NCBI GenBank assembly: GCA_964515005.1
Contig: CAZEVT010000001.1
Coordinates: forward strand, 310,720 to 374,719
Source of the DNA: an uncultured Gammaproteobacteria bacterium
GTDB lineage: Bacteria > Patescibacteriota > Microgenomatia > UBA10105 > UBA927
Length of the DNA stretch: 64,000 bases
Direction: 5' to 3'
A model generated the notes under the pieces. That model saw only the letters and a list, made by a program, of their open reading frames with translations, did no database searches and was not told the origin of the DNA. Made by a program: the position numbers and the translations under genes. Below, one piece after another: positions 35,105-45,107 of this stretch (position 1 is its first letter; each line of letters opens with the position of its first letter).

Positions 35105-36493
35105 ATGCATATCCTTCACAAATCATATCTACGGAGATTCAGACGTTTACTTGAATTTGTTCTAAAAACGAACACGTTCTACAAAAAAAAATACACGAAG
35201 AAAGGAATCGTTTCTGCTGCCCAAATCAAGACATGGGAAGATTTTTTCTCTCTGCCTCTTACCACGAGGTATGAACTTATAGGCGACCAGGAGCGCACTC
35301 CTCCTTTTGGCACAAATATTAGTCGCCCGCTTTCCCAGTATTCTTTTGTGATACGTACATCGGGTACATCGACGGGGCGGCCGTTCTTCCAACCTCTGAC
35401 TCATGATGAATTCAATCGGTTTGTTGAGGTCATGATAGCCGGCTATGAAGAAATGGGTCTTAAGTCAGGTGACATTGTTTCTTATGTGAGCGCTCCACAC
35501 GCATATCCGCTTTTTTACGAAATAACTCACCGCATGGGTGCGCGCATGGTACCGGTCGAAACCCATACATCCTTCGATTTTTTGACTCGGATACAAACTA
35601 TGAACGTAAATGTGCTTCAAGCCTATCCTACTGCTCTATTTGAACTTATGGAATTGGCAAAAGATCATCATATTGATCTTCGGCGTTTGGGACTGAAAAA
35701 AATTTTTACTATCGGAGAAGTCGGAGGGGGACACCCTCCAACCAAGGCGTTGCTTGAACGTGTATGGGGGGCCAAGGTGATCGATCATATAGGATCGTTG
35801 GAATCTGGAACACTTGCTGTGATTTGTCCAAAAGGAAATGGGTATCATCTTTTGGAAGATTTGTTTATCGCTGAGGTATTTGCATTGGATGCTGATATAC
35901 CCACACGCCGAGGCGAGCTCGTTTTGACATCATTTTGGAGACGAGATTATCCTCTTATCCGATACAGGACAGGCGATATGGTAGAGATTGAGTATGGGAG
36001 ATGCTCCTGCGGGAAAACAACGCCGCGACTTATCAATGGCATTTTAGGAAGAGTAACGGGACAATTGAGACTGCGTGCAGCTATGCTTTTCCCCGAAGAT
36101 ATTGAGCGAGTGTTGCGATCCCACACACAGGTTCTGGAATATCAAGTTATCTGTAGGAAACCTCATGGCATTGATGTGGTTGATATATATGCCGAGTTAT
36201 CACTAAAGACTACTCGCGGTGAACTTGTCGCATTAATCGATGATCTTGATAATCTACTTGGTTTTGCTCCCAACCTCTATCCGATGCTCCCTAAGATGCT
36301 CCCCCGTTTCGATCTGCAAAAGGGGAGTCGGTTTCATGATTATAGAATATCTAAAACTGATACGCGTGAACCGGTAGGGTTACCCAAAAGGATTCTATCA
36401 AAGATCGTATGGTCCCTCTTTATCTGGAATAATCAAAGCAACATGGTAAAGAAATATATTTCTTTTGTTCATACTATACTCAAAAGAAATTAA
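35105..36493 (+). CDS. Phenylacetate-CoA ligase (PaaK/CapK)-family adenylating enzyme
   Basis: RTSGTSTG, IGEVGG, DHIGSLE, PLIRYRTGD, CSCG, ILGR. Confidence 0.87.
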   Translation: MHILHKSYLRRFRRLLEFVLKTNTFYKKKYTKKGIVSAAQIKTWEDFFSLPLTTRYELIGDQERTPPFGTNISRPLSQYSFVIRTSGTSTGRPFFQPLTHDEFNRFVEVMIAGYEEMGLKSGDIVSYVSAPHAYPLFYEITHRMGARMVPVETHTSFDFLTRIQTMNVNVLQAYPTALFELMELAKDHHIDLRRLGLKKIFTIGEVGGGHPPTKALLERVWGAKVIDHIGSLESGTLAVICPKGNGYHLLEDLFIAEVFALDADIPTRRGELVLTSFWRRDYPLIRYRTGDMVEIEYGRCSCGKTTPRLINGILGRVTGQLRLRAAMLFPEDIERVLRSHTQVLEYQVICRKPHGIDVVDIYAELSLKTTRGELVALIDDLDNLLGFAPNLYPMLPKMLPRFDLQKGSRFHDYRISKTDTREPVGLPKRILSKIVWSLFIWNNQSNMVKKYISFVHTILKRN

Positions 36494-36534
36494 CTCTTGA
36501 TTTTTAGAAACAACATATATATCATAAGCCAATT

Positions 36535-37578
36535 ATGCCGATGAAGACTCGTTTTCTTCCACTTATCTTTATTCTTCTTATCGTGATGGCAGGGTTGTGG
36601 GTCTGGATGAGTGCAAAAAATAATGCTAGCAAAAAGCCTGTTTCAACCAATGGTCTACCAGTTATTATATTGGGAGCGGCTCCACCATCATCCAATGATC
36701 TAGCAGCTCGTGTTATTCGCAAATACGGATGGGATAAAGAAGCAGGGTTTCAATTGGAAACTCGGGCTGTCGCGCCGGAAGTTGCTATACCTACAATCAT
36801 CGGCGGGACGGTCGACATCATTGGCATGACACCTTTGGCGGCTTTGACGACCGTCAATCCAGAAAAGCCTATTACCATTTTGGCAAACGGTAATATTGTG
36901 TATTGTCCATTTTTCGTTCCCGAGGGGAGTACACTCACAACCTGGCAAGAGCTTAAGGGTAAACGTTTGGGAGCCACAGCGATTGTGGGGCCATCCTACA
37001 ACATGACCAAAATTGCTATGAAACTCAAGGAAAATTTGGATATGGATAAAGCGTTTATTGTTTCTAATTCGCCGTTCCCGGAGCTTATTCCACGATTATC
37101 ACGAGGTGAAATAGATGGTGCCATAGGCCGGTGTGGTGAAGTTGGGATAGCCAAAGCAGTGGTTGAAGCAAAGTTTAAAGTCATTGGAAATCTCACTGAC
37201 ATCCTATACAAAGATGGAGACTTGAGCGAGCTCATGATGGAAGCCTTGGTGACGACACGTGATTGGGCGACTACCCATAGTGAGCTTGCGATAGCGTTCC
37301 GTGAGACCTTGTATCGAGCCTATGCGTACATCAAAGATCATCCAGAAGTGTATGATGATCCTGACATACAAAAAGCCTACGCTCTTGATAAATCCACACC
37401 CGACGTTATAGCCAAAGTTAAAGAACTCGTTCCCATATTTTACGCCTTCAAGACATGGTCAGAAGCAATAGATTCACAGTACAAGTTTCTCAAAATGGCT
37501 CAAGAAGCGGGATTTTTTACAGAAGTTCCTGTCAAAGAAGAACTCTTTTTCAATCCCAGCGTATCGCCTCAACCATAA
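36535..37578 (+). CDS. ABC substrate-binding protein (SsuA/TauA/NMT1-like), TM-anchored
   Basis: N-terminal TM, ELKGKRLG, RGEIDGA, RAYAYIKDHPE. Confidence 0.82.
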   Translation: MPMKTRFLPLIFILLIVMAGLWVWMSAKNNASKKPVSTNGLPVIILGAAPPSSNDLAARVIRKYGWDKEAGFQLETRAVAPEVAIPTIIGGTVDIIGMTPLAALTTVNPEKPITILANGNIVYCPFFVPEGSTLTTWQELKGKRLGATAIVGPSYNMTKIAMKLKENLDMDKAFIVSNSPFPELIPRLSRGEIDGAIGRCGEVGIAKAVVEAKFKVIGNLTDILYKDGDLSELMMEALVTTRDWATTHSELAIAFRETLYRAYAYIKDHPEVYDDPDIQKAYALDKSTPDVIAKVKELVPIFYAFKTWSEAIDSQYKFLKMAQEAGFFTEVPVKEELFFNPSVSPQP

Positions 37579-37599
37579 AAGAAGGATTTAAATAGGCTC

Positions 37600-38394
37600 A
37601 TGAATAGCGCATTACTTCGTGGTCGTTTTTTTCGACAGATATGGATGTTTATTTTGCGCGTACTCCCCGAAAGTGTCGGCATCATAGGTTTTTTGGCTGT
37701 TTGGTATGGAGTGAGCGTGCAGATTCCTGGTTTTCTTTTACCCTCCCCAATAACCACTTTTTTTGATACCGTGGAAACACTCACATCGTCGGATTTTTGG
37801 GCAAACGCGGCGCTCACGTTTGGGCGATCTCTTGAGGGACTTATCGTTGCCTTTGTGCTTGCAAACATCGCGGCGATTTTAAGCGCTGCCAGTAGGGTTG
37901 CCAAAAAAGGGTTATGGCCGCTTATTCTTTTGGGCAACTCATTCCCCGGTACGATCGCCACGTTTATTGCGGTGGTTGTCTTGGGTTCGCGCGGGCCTGT
38001 GGCAATAACGGTGGAAGTTGCGCTTCTGGGACCGCTATTATTTTATATGTTATATCCGGCTTATGAGGCCATTGACAAAAATCTCTATGAACTCGCTGTC
38101 GTATTTCGTCTTTCAAACGTCACGTACCTTCGATCTATCGTTCTTCCTCAGCTTGCTCCGGCACTTTTTGCAGCCATCCGCACTGGTCTTGCCAACGGGT
38201 GGAAGCTTGTGGTAACCGCCGAGGTATTTAGCCTGGGTGATGGCGTGGGGTACCGAATTCTTCAATATTTTAACCTTTTTTCCTTGCGGCATGTATTTGC
38301 TTGGTTGTTGTCGTTTCTTCTGATTATGCTTGCTGTTGAATATCTCTTGGTGGCACCCTTTGAACGATGGGTGGTCGCCCGAGGCAGAAAGTAA
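37600..38394 (+). CDS. ABC permease (SsuC/TauC-like)
   Basis: LLPSP, EAA-like loop YELAVVF, WKLVVTAE...GVGY. Confidence 0.87.
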   Translation: MNSALLRGRFFRQIWMFILRVLPESVGIIGFLAVWYGVSVQIPGFLLPSPITTFFDTVETLTSSDFWANAALTFGRSLEGLIVAFVLANIAAILSAASRVAKKGLWPLILLGNSFPGTIATFIAVVVLGSRGPVAITVEVALLGPLLFYMLYPAYEAIDKNLYELAVVFRLSNVTYLRSIVLPQLAPALFAAIRTGLANGWKLVVTAEVFSLGDGVGYRILQYFNLFSLRHVFAWLLSFLLIMLAVEYLLVAPFERWVVARGRK

Positions 38395-38400
38395 TACAGT

Positions 38401-39147
38401 ATGAGAGACATAACCCTTTCGCGGATTGATGTGTCGTTTGCAACAGGAGTGGAGTTATTTCGTGATTTTTCTCTTACCATTCCAAAAAAGAGCTGCGTAT
38501 GTTTGTTCGGACCTTCAGGGTGCGGTAAAACGACACTTTTACACATTCTTGCCGGTTTGAGGAAGCCGGATAATGGCATGGTAAAATATAGTAACGCCGC
38601 TCGTGGTGGCCTCGGATCACCGATTATCGGGTACGTCTTTCAAGAACCCCGACTTTTATCCTGGATGACGTCAAAAGAAAACGTAGCGCTTGTACTAGAT
38701 TCGGTCATTGCGCGCAAAGATCAAGACCGTCACATTGCCCGTTTCCTTAAGCTCGTACGACTGTCGGGTCACAGTAACCGATACCCACAGGAGCTCTCCG
38801 GTGGAGAAAGGCAGCGCGTGAGTCTGGCTCGGGCGTTAAGTGTGAGCCCCGAGATTCTGCTTTTGGATGAACCATTTAGCCATCTTGATGAACTCACCGC
38901 GACAACGCTGCGTGCGGATTTTTTGAGGGTATTTGAGCAAATTCGCGCAACGACGGTATTTGCGACGCATAATCCTCTGGAAGCTATATATCTTGCCGAT
39001 GTGATCGTCGTACTTTCCAACGCTAAACCCACGTACATAAAAAAAATCATCAATATACCGAAGAAGAAATTAAGAACCCATGATCTGTATGGTTCCCTTA
39101 TTTTTGAGAAGCAAACAAAACGCCTCATACGGCAGATGTTTGGGTGA
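38401..39147 (+). CDS. ABC ATPase (SsuB/TauB-like)
   Basis: GPSGCGKTT, VFQEPRLL, LSGGERQR, LLLDEPF. Confidence 0.92.
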   Translation: MRDITLSRIDVSFATGVELFRDFSLTIPKKSCVCLFGPSGCGKTTLLHILAGLRKPDNGMVKYSNAARGGLGSPIIGYVFQEPRLLSWMTSKENVALVLDSVIARKDQDRHIARFLKLVRLSGHSNRYPQELSGGERQRVSLARALSVSPEILLLDEPFSHLDELTATTLRADFLRVFEQIRATTVFATHNPLEAIYLADVIVVLSNAKPTYIKKIINIPKKKLRTHDLYGSLIFEKQTKRLIRQMFG

Positions 39148-39157
39148 AATAGTCAAC

Positions 39158-39913
39158 CTAATAATAGATACTCATGGGAGAGAGTTTCGGTTCCATCTCT
39201 TCTATGATTTTGCGGGGAATGGGATTGTCGCCAAGTATTAATATATTTAGGTTGGGCGGTAAGAATGCGGGAAAGGTGTCAAGACGATTGCCCGTGAGAT
39301 CCAGTATCCCTAATTTGTTCAAATTGCCAATTGAAGGCGGAAGCGACTCCAGTCGATTATATGAAAGGTTTAGTACCGCAAGATTTTGAAGTTGTCCGAT
39401 GGTCGACGGGAGGCGCGTGAGATTATTCCCAAGCAATGAAAGGTCTTCAAGATTTGTGAGATTGCCTATCGCGTCGGGGAGAGTAGTGAGTCGTGTGTTG
39501 GTAATGAACATAGTGCGAAGCCCGGTAAGTTTTCCTATCTCGTCGGGAAGCGTGCGTATGGGATTTTGATTGATCCAAAGTCCGGTTACATTGTGGACAG
39601 AGCCGATCAGAGGAGAGATGGTCGATACATGATCATCGGAGTCAAGCCCTATAAATACATCTGAGAGACTACGACTGCTTTCTTCCATCTTCACAAAAAA
39701 CGTTTCTTGTGAATATGTGGTTTCACCATACAGTGCATCCTTAGAGAAGACATACTCCCGTTGTAAGGGGATGCTTCGCATAGCGGGAAGCAAGGCCATC
39801 ACAACGCGGAAACTCACGAAAGCGGTTATGAATCCAAGAATCATCGCTATTGCGATACGGTAGGGTGCGTGAGTATCGGTCAGGATGGGTGGTTGCGCCT
39901 CGATTGTTGTCAT
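39158..39913 (-). CDS. Membrane-anchored leucine-rich repeat protein
   Basis: N-terminal TM and 23-aa repeats LxxLPxxIGxLxxLxxLxLxxN. Confidence 0.9.
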   Translation of the reverse strand: MTTIEAQPPILTDTHAPYRIAIAMILGFITAFVSFRVVMALLPAMRSIPLQREYVFSKDALYGETTYSQETFFVKMEESSRSLSDVFIGLDSDDHVSTISPLIGSVHNVTGLWINQNPIRTLPDEIGKLTGLRTMFITNTRLTTLPDAIGNLTNLEDLSLLGNNLTRLPSTIGQLQNLAVLNLSYNRLESLPPSIGNLNKLGILDLTGNRLDTFPAFLPPNLNILILGDNPIPRKIIEEMEPKLSPMSIYY

Positions 39914-39941
39914 AGGAACGTATGGGATACAATATCATTAT

Positions 39942-40460
39942 ATGGACCTCATGCCCGATAGTACAAGTGCTCCCGTATGGCATATCGGAAACGCTATTTT
40001 TATTGGAGTGCTATTGGCAGCGATGACTGCAATCGCTCTGATTTGGTTGCCCTATGACCGCATCGTCGTTTTTGATCAACCGTGGGCAACCACTGTTCGG
40101 ATGAGCTCCATTCATCTGAAACAGGGAGGATTCGCCGTTTTGTATCTTCAGGAACCGGAAGGTTGGCGGCAGGTGGGTCAAACATTTTATTTGCCGCCGG
40201 GGTATTACCAAAACGTCGTAGTTGGTATTGATATTGATGTGCTCTTACAACATACTGCGAGCCATTTTATCGCACGGCTTTATGAGGATACGGGAGATTA
40301 TGTATTCCAAGAAACGGTAGATGTGCCGGTGAAGGATGTTTTTGGCAACGTGTATACGAAGCATTTCTGGTTTGACCACGGTCCAAACGTCATCAGACGC
40401 GCATTGGGCCGAATGACATTTCAGCCTGTCCCGCTTCTTATCGATACTCTTTTCCCGTAA
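39942..40460 (+). CDS. TM-anchored hypothetical protein, DUF7282-like Ig-fold
   Basis: GGFAVLY, GQTFYLPPG...NVVV, ARLYEDTGD...DVPV. Start refined to 39942. Confidence 0.6.
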   Translation: MDLMPDSTSAPVWHIGNAIFIGVLLAAMTAIALIWLPYDRIVVFDQPWATTVRMSSIHLKQGGFAVLYLQEPEGWRQVGQTFYLPPGYYQNVVVGIDIDVLLQHTASHFIARLYEDTGDYVFQETVDVPVKDVFGNVYTKHFWFDHGPNVIRRALGRMTFQPVPLLIDTLFP

Positions 40461-41634
40461 ATCCCTCGTACTCCCGTTTTTTCATAACGTCGAGAATGGC
40501 CTCAATTTTTTTCTCCCAGGTATGAGAGAGGGCAATTGTGCGTTCCTGACGTCGCTGGGAGGGCGTCAGAGGGTGGGTAAGGGTGTGAGCGATGTGACGG
40601 GTCCATTCTTTGGGGGTAGTTCCCTGTCGAACAAACGGCGCATACCGTGATAGCTCCATAATGGGCGTCGTTATGACATACTTTTGGGCATAAAAGTATT
40701 CCATGCATTTCATGGGAAATGCATAGCGATTGAATGGAAGCCGTGTGTTGTAAGGGATGATTGTGGCTGCACACCGGTTGAGAATAGTGGGGACATACCG
40801 GGGAGAAACAGCGGTATGGACGACATTAGGTAAAGACAGAAGGCGACCGGTCATCCGTCGCACATAGGCGGCCTCGTAATCGAAGATGTCGTTATCAAAG
40901 ATCGGCCCGATGAGGGCAAATTGCCATTGCGGATTATCGCGGATGACCCGGGAGATGAGGCGGTAGTCGAGGCGGTAGTCGATAGCGCCTATAAATCCGA
41001 TCATGGGCTTTGTGGTGGTCAGAAGACCGTTGAGAGGTTTGGGATGGCGAAACATTTCTATCCGAAATCCAAGGGGTACGGTGTGCACAACTGCCCGAGT
41101 TTTCCGCAGCAACGCGGTGAGCGTGTGCGAATTTGCGGTAACGATCCATGCGCGTTTGAGAAGTTTGCGTTCTTCATTTTGCAATGTGGCAGCAATACGG
41201 GGGAGGGGGTGCCAGACCCGATCAACGCAATCATACAAAATCGGCATATTCCAAAAAACATACGGAAAACACGCGAAGACGGGATGAAAAAATCCGAAGA
41301 ACCAGAAGACTCTTTTGGCAGTAATACGTTTTATTATTATCGAACACAAAAATTGTACAATAATAGCATTAAGGATTAAATTGATGGCTTGTACTATCGC
41401 AAACCTTTTTCCAGGAACTACATATAAGGGTTGATATCGCCAGTGATTTCCGTCTTTCGTAATCATTCGATATGGTTTGCGGTCCACTATGATTTCGCGA
41501 AGAGAAACCGCATCACCCCAAAGAAAACAAACGACGATGTGGCGTCGAGCTAGGATGCGTGCCGTCTGGTTGGCATAATCCGTATGCCACTGGTACGGGT
41601 TATGGAAGGGAATGATAAAGCAGTATTTTTGCAT
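40438..41634 (-). CDS. GT-B glycosyltransferase (TuaH-like)
   Basis: YDCVD, IGFIGAI.YRLD, FPMKCMEY. Confidence 0.85.
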   Translation of the reverse strand: MQKYCFIIPFHNPYQWHTDYANQTARILARRHIVVCFLWGDAVSLREIIVDRKPYRMITKDGNHWRYQPLYVVPGKRFAIVQAINLILNAIIVQFLCSIIIKRITAKRVFWFFGFFHPVFACFPYVFWNMPILYDCVDRVWHPLPRIAATLQNEERKLLKRAWIVTANSHTLTALLRKTRAVVHTVPLGFRIEMFRHPKPLNGLLTTTKPMIGFIGAIDYRLDYRLISRVIRDNPQWQFALIGPIFDNDIFDYEAAYVRRMTGRLLSLPNVVHTAVSPRYVPTILNRCAATIIPYNTRLPFNRYAFPMKCMEYFYAQKYVITTPIMELSRYAPFVRQGTTPKEWTRHIAHTLTHPLTPSQRRQERTIALSHTWEKKIEAILDVMKKREYEGFTGKEYR

Positions 41635-41674
41635 AGCGCAGTTTATTGCATATTGTATGATACAATCGTCGAAA

Positions 41675-43141
41675 ATGAAACTTTCACAACGGACATTGTT
41701 CAGTGTTACCGGGTTGTATTATGTTGCACTTCTGTTGATGCCCGACACAAAAACGTTGGTCGCCGTCAGTGTCCTGTTTTTTCTTTTTTTGTGGAAGCTC
41801 TTTGGCAGTCTCCGTATCGCACTGGGTAGTATATATCTTATGCTCCTGCCGATTGCGGTCGGGAAAAAAATACCGATCGAATTCTTGTCTCCGCTAGACC
41901 TTGATATACTCGGCAGGTCATATGGGATCTCTGCAGACGTTATCATCAGCCTGCCGGATATAGTCATTGCAGGCATGGGTATAGTGCTCGTCCTTTCTGC
42001 GCTGCGAGGTACGCTCGTGTACCGAAGAGATCGGTGGTTAGAATTATTGCTGTTTCTCTATCCCGTGGCTACGATACTGGCAACACTTTTTGGATCGGTG
42101 CATCCGGAAGTATCAATCCTACACAGTTTGTTTACTGTCCGGCCGCTTATTCTCTACTATTTCTTTGCTTCCTTTTCTGGAATAACTCCACTCACAGCCA
42201 TCACATTCATGTCGGCAGGAGTGGTGTTTGAATCATTCGTCGTTGGGGGACAGGTAGTGCGCGGTGGTCCTCTGGAGCTTGCTGTTGAAGCGTATCGGGG
42301 GTATATTTCGATTGATTCATCGGCAGAAGCAGGTACCGGGCTCTTGCGCTACGCAGGAACGTACGAGCATGCCAACGTTCTGGCCCACGCGCTCCTCGTA
42401 CCCCTTACGTTGCTTCTGCCTACTCTTTTTTACCGCTATGGCAACATGGGGAAGATACTATCCGCCTGTTTTTTTGTTGGCCTGGGAGCGCTGGCATGGA
42501 CCATGAGCCGATCTGCATATGTAGGGTTAGGAGTAGGTGTGGGGATTTTTTTCTTCATAGCAGAAAAAATCTGGCACTATCGCCTCACCATGGTGCATAT
42601 ACGCACTGCGCTTACGCGTGGAATGATAGCCGCCATTATCATTGGCATAGGCGCGATTATGTTACCCCGCATTACCAGTTCGTGGGTTACGGGCAATGCG
42701 TACGGTAGTTGGGAAACCCGCATGCTGCTCCTGCGTGAATACAAGGAAACGATCGCCCAGCATCTCGTAAACGGCGTGGGACTTGGGATGGACGTCTACT
42801 ACCAATACCAGCGGTCGTTCATTGCCGGTGATCCTCAGCTAGACTCACCGAATCGATCGGTTCTTCAGTATTTTCCGGAGCCGGTCCATAACGGATTCAT
42901 TCGACTTCTGGTCCAAGTCGGATTATTGGGTACTGTTGCCTACAGTATTGTTTTTGTACGGCTTTTTCTGCTGACGATCATGCGGGTGAGATCAAAAAGA
43001 GGACAGGGGGGGCGTTTGCTTGGATTGTCATTAGTGATTACCTATATAGCCGTGTTTATAAACAGCATGGCGCAACCACTCCTTCCTGATTTGCAGTTTT
43101 TTGTAGTGTTGACTATGATATACGCACACAACAGGGTATGA
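41675..43141 (+). CDS. O-antigen ligase/polymerase-family membrane protein
   Basis: GTYEHAN, TMSRSA, GVGLG, PVHNGFIRLLVQVGLLG. Start refined to 41675. Confidence 0.85.
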   Translation: MKLSQRTLFSVTGLYYVALLLMPDTKTLVAVSVLFFLFLWKLFGSLRIALGSIYLMLLPIAVGKKIPIEFLSPLDLDILGRSYGISADVIISLPDIVIAGMGIVLVLSALRGTLVYRRDRWLELLLFLYPVATILATLFGSVHPEVSILHSLFTVRPLILYYFFASFSGITPLTAITFMSAGVVFESFVVGGQVVRGGPLELAVEAYRGYISIDSSAEAGTGLLRYAGTYEHANVLAHALLVPLTLLLPTLFYRYGNMGKILSACFFVGLGALAWTMSRSAYVGLGVGVGIFFFIAEKIWHYRLTMVHIRTALTRGMIAAIIIGIGAIMLPRITSSWVTGNAYGSWETRMLLLREYKETIAQHLVNGVGLGMDVYYQYQRSFIAGDPQLDSPNRSVLQYFPEPVHNGFIRLLVQVGLLGTVAYSIVFVRLFLLTIMRVRSKRGQGGRLLGLSLVITYIAVFINSMAQPLLPDLQFFVVLTMIYAHNRV

Positions 43142-44010
43142 CCATGCAAAAATTTATCCGGCGATTTGGTTTTTTTGAATACGGTGGTATTCTGCTCCTT
43201 TTTGTCGCCGTCGCCGTCGCCTATGTCCTCCTGTCACCTCAGTCAAAAGATATATTAATAACGGTGAGACTTGCTGAAAAAGATCTGATCTGGCTGGATA
43301 ACGGATCCCCGCGAGCGTTTGGAGCCAACGTCGTCCACCCCGGCATGAAAGACAAAGATGCGCTCGGCCGTGTGACGGCGGAAGTAACAGAGGTGATCGC
43401 GTTTGATCAACCCCGGCAAGAATCACCGTATGTAGACAAAAAAACAGTCTATGTCACTCTGCGATTACGAGCATCTCATACTACTAAGACCGACCAATAT
43501 CGATATCAAGGCACGCTTCTTCAAGTCGGCGAATGGGTGCGATTTTCTATCAACTCGACGACCATAAACGGTTTGGTGATCAGCACTCCTTCTTCGGATA
43601 TTCCAAAACCGGTATGGGTCACGGTCAAAGCTCAATTAAAGCCTGATGATTTATTCGGGCGCGAACCCTTCGATGAAACAACCGGTGTTGATTGGTATAT
43701 AGCACAAGCAATCACGGTGGGAGACAAAGCAACGGATTCAGAGGGACATATCATCGCCCAGATATTGGAGAAACAGGTCGTGCCCGCAACACGTACAACT
43801 TTTGATCTAAACGGCAATATTTACCAGCGGAACCACCCGCGCAAGTTCGATGTGTATATAACGGCGAAAGTTGCCGCACTCAGAGTGAATGATGAACTCT
43901 ATTACCTGGATGCGTTGCGTATGAAAGTGAACGCAAGGCTGCCTCTTTTTCTCTCTCGGATAGATATCGAGCCGCGTATCACCGAAATCGTTTCGGTCAA
44001 TGAACAATAG
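43138..44010 (+). CDS. DUF4330-like protein, two tandem domains
   Basis: N-terminal TM and two repeats (PGMKDKD..AEVTEV..VYVTLRL..QVGE; VGDKATD..AQILE..DVYITAKV..KVN). Confidence 0.68.
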   Translation: MTMQKFIRRFGFFEYGGILLLFVAVAVAYVLLSPQSKDILITVRLAEKDLIWLDNGSPRAFGANVVHPGMKDKDALGRVTAEVTEVIAFDQPRQESPYVDKKTVYVTLRLRASHTTKTDQYRYQGTLLQVGEWVRFSINSTTINGLVISTPSSDIPKPVWVTVKAQLKPDDLFGREPFDETTGVDWYIAQAITVGDKATDSEGHIIAQILEKQVVPATRTTFDLNGNIYQRNHPRKFDVYITAKVAALRVNDELYYLDALRMKVNARLPLFLSRIDIEPRITEIVSVNEQ

Positions 44011-45100
44011 ATTTTTTTGCAAGTGCTTTGTTGATATATCGCGTGAGCGTTCGTTCAAATTGGTTGTCGTCGAATTTTTTTGCGTGATTCCTCAGCACAC
44101 GCGGGTCAAATCGCATGCGTGATAGCCTTTGGATTGCCTCCTCCAGTGACGAAACCGACGGCTGGTGGAAGAATATCCCTGTTTTTCCTTCGATTACTGT
44201 TTCTTTGGTGCCACCCCCCCAATACGCGATAACTGGTACCCCGTGGGCATTCGCTTCAAGGGGAACCATGCCAAAGTCTTCATTATAGGAAGGAAAAATA
44301 AGCCCGATTGCATGGGTATAGAGTGACGTAATGCGGCGATCATCGACGAATCCCAAGAATTCGATCGTGGGACCTGCGATACTTCGAAGGTATCGTTCAT
44401 AGCGGGGCTCATTGGTCTTTCCGGCGATTTTTAAGCGAACGCGCAAATGATTGCATGCGGTGATTGCAGTTTCTATATTTTTCGTTCGGTCCAAACGCGA
44501 AACGATAAGGTAGTAAGAAGGAGAAGCATTTCTGCGCGGGAGATGCTGTGGGATTGCGATAGAGGGGTATAAAATGGCCGCTGCGACACCGCAAAACTTG
44601 CGAAGTACATCTTTTGTGTGGCGGGAGTTGGTTATGATATAGGGCGATTTCATAAGCGTCCGCTTGTAGGAGGGTTTCATGACGCGTTCATAGTGCGTAA
44701 GTCGTTGCCAGGGGGTCGGAGGGTCTATGCCAAGGATATTTTTTGGGGGGGATTGTAGATATTGAATATGGCAAGCCGCGGGAGCCACGCGTACCATGTT
44801 GCACATAAGTTGCAGCGTATGAGAAATGACTAAGTCAAAATCAGAAAGATCGACGCTGTGCCAGACGAACGGCGCCATACTTTGAAAAAGTGAGGTATGA
44901 GACCACAGGAGAGGAATTTTTTGTATCCAGGTTGCGTGTAGCCGGGCAGATGAGAGCGTGGGAAAAAATTTTTGGATGAAGAGTGGGTTATAAAATCCGG
45001 TATAGACATGTGCCCGGGGGTACATTGAAAGAATTGTGGCAAGCACACGTTCTGCGCCGCCAAACTCGACTAAACTATCGTGTACGATGGCTATTTTCAT
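43997..45100 (-). CDS. Glycosyltransferase family 4 (WbaZ-like)
   Basis: MKIAIVHD...GGAERV, EDFGMVPLEA. Confidence 0.92.
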   Translation of the reverse strand: MKIAIVHDSLVEFGGAERVLATILSMYPRAHVYTGFYNPLFIQKFFPTLSSARLHATWIQKIPLLWSHTSLFQSMAPFVWHSVDLSDFDLVISHTLQLMCNMVRVAPAACHIQYLQSPPKNILGIDPPTPWQRLTHYERVMKPSYKRTLMKSPYIITNSRHTKDVLRKFCGVAAAILYPSIAIPQHLPRRNASPSYYLIVSRLDRTKNIETAITACNHLRVRLKIAGKTNEPRYERYLRSIAGPTIEFLGFVDDRRITSLYTHAIGLIFPSYNEDFGMVPLEANAHGVPVIAYWGGGTKETVIEGKTGIFFHQPSVSSLEEAIQRLSRMRFDPRVLRNHAKKFDDNQFERTLTRYINKALAKKSIVH

Positions 45101-45107
45101 GGATTCT

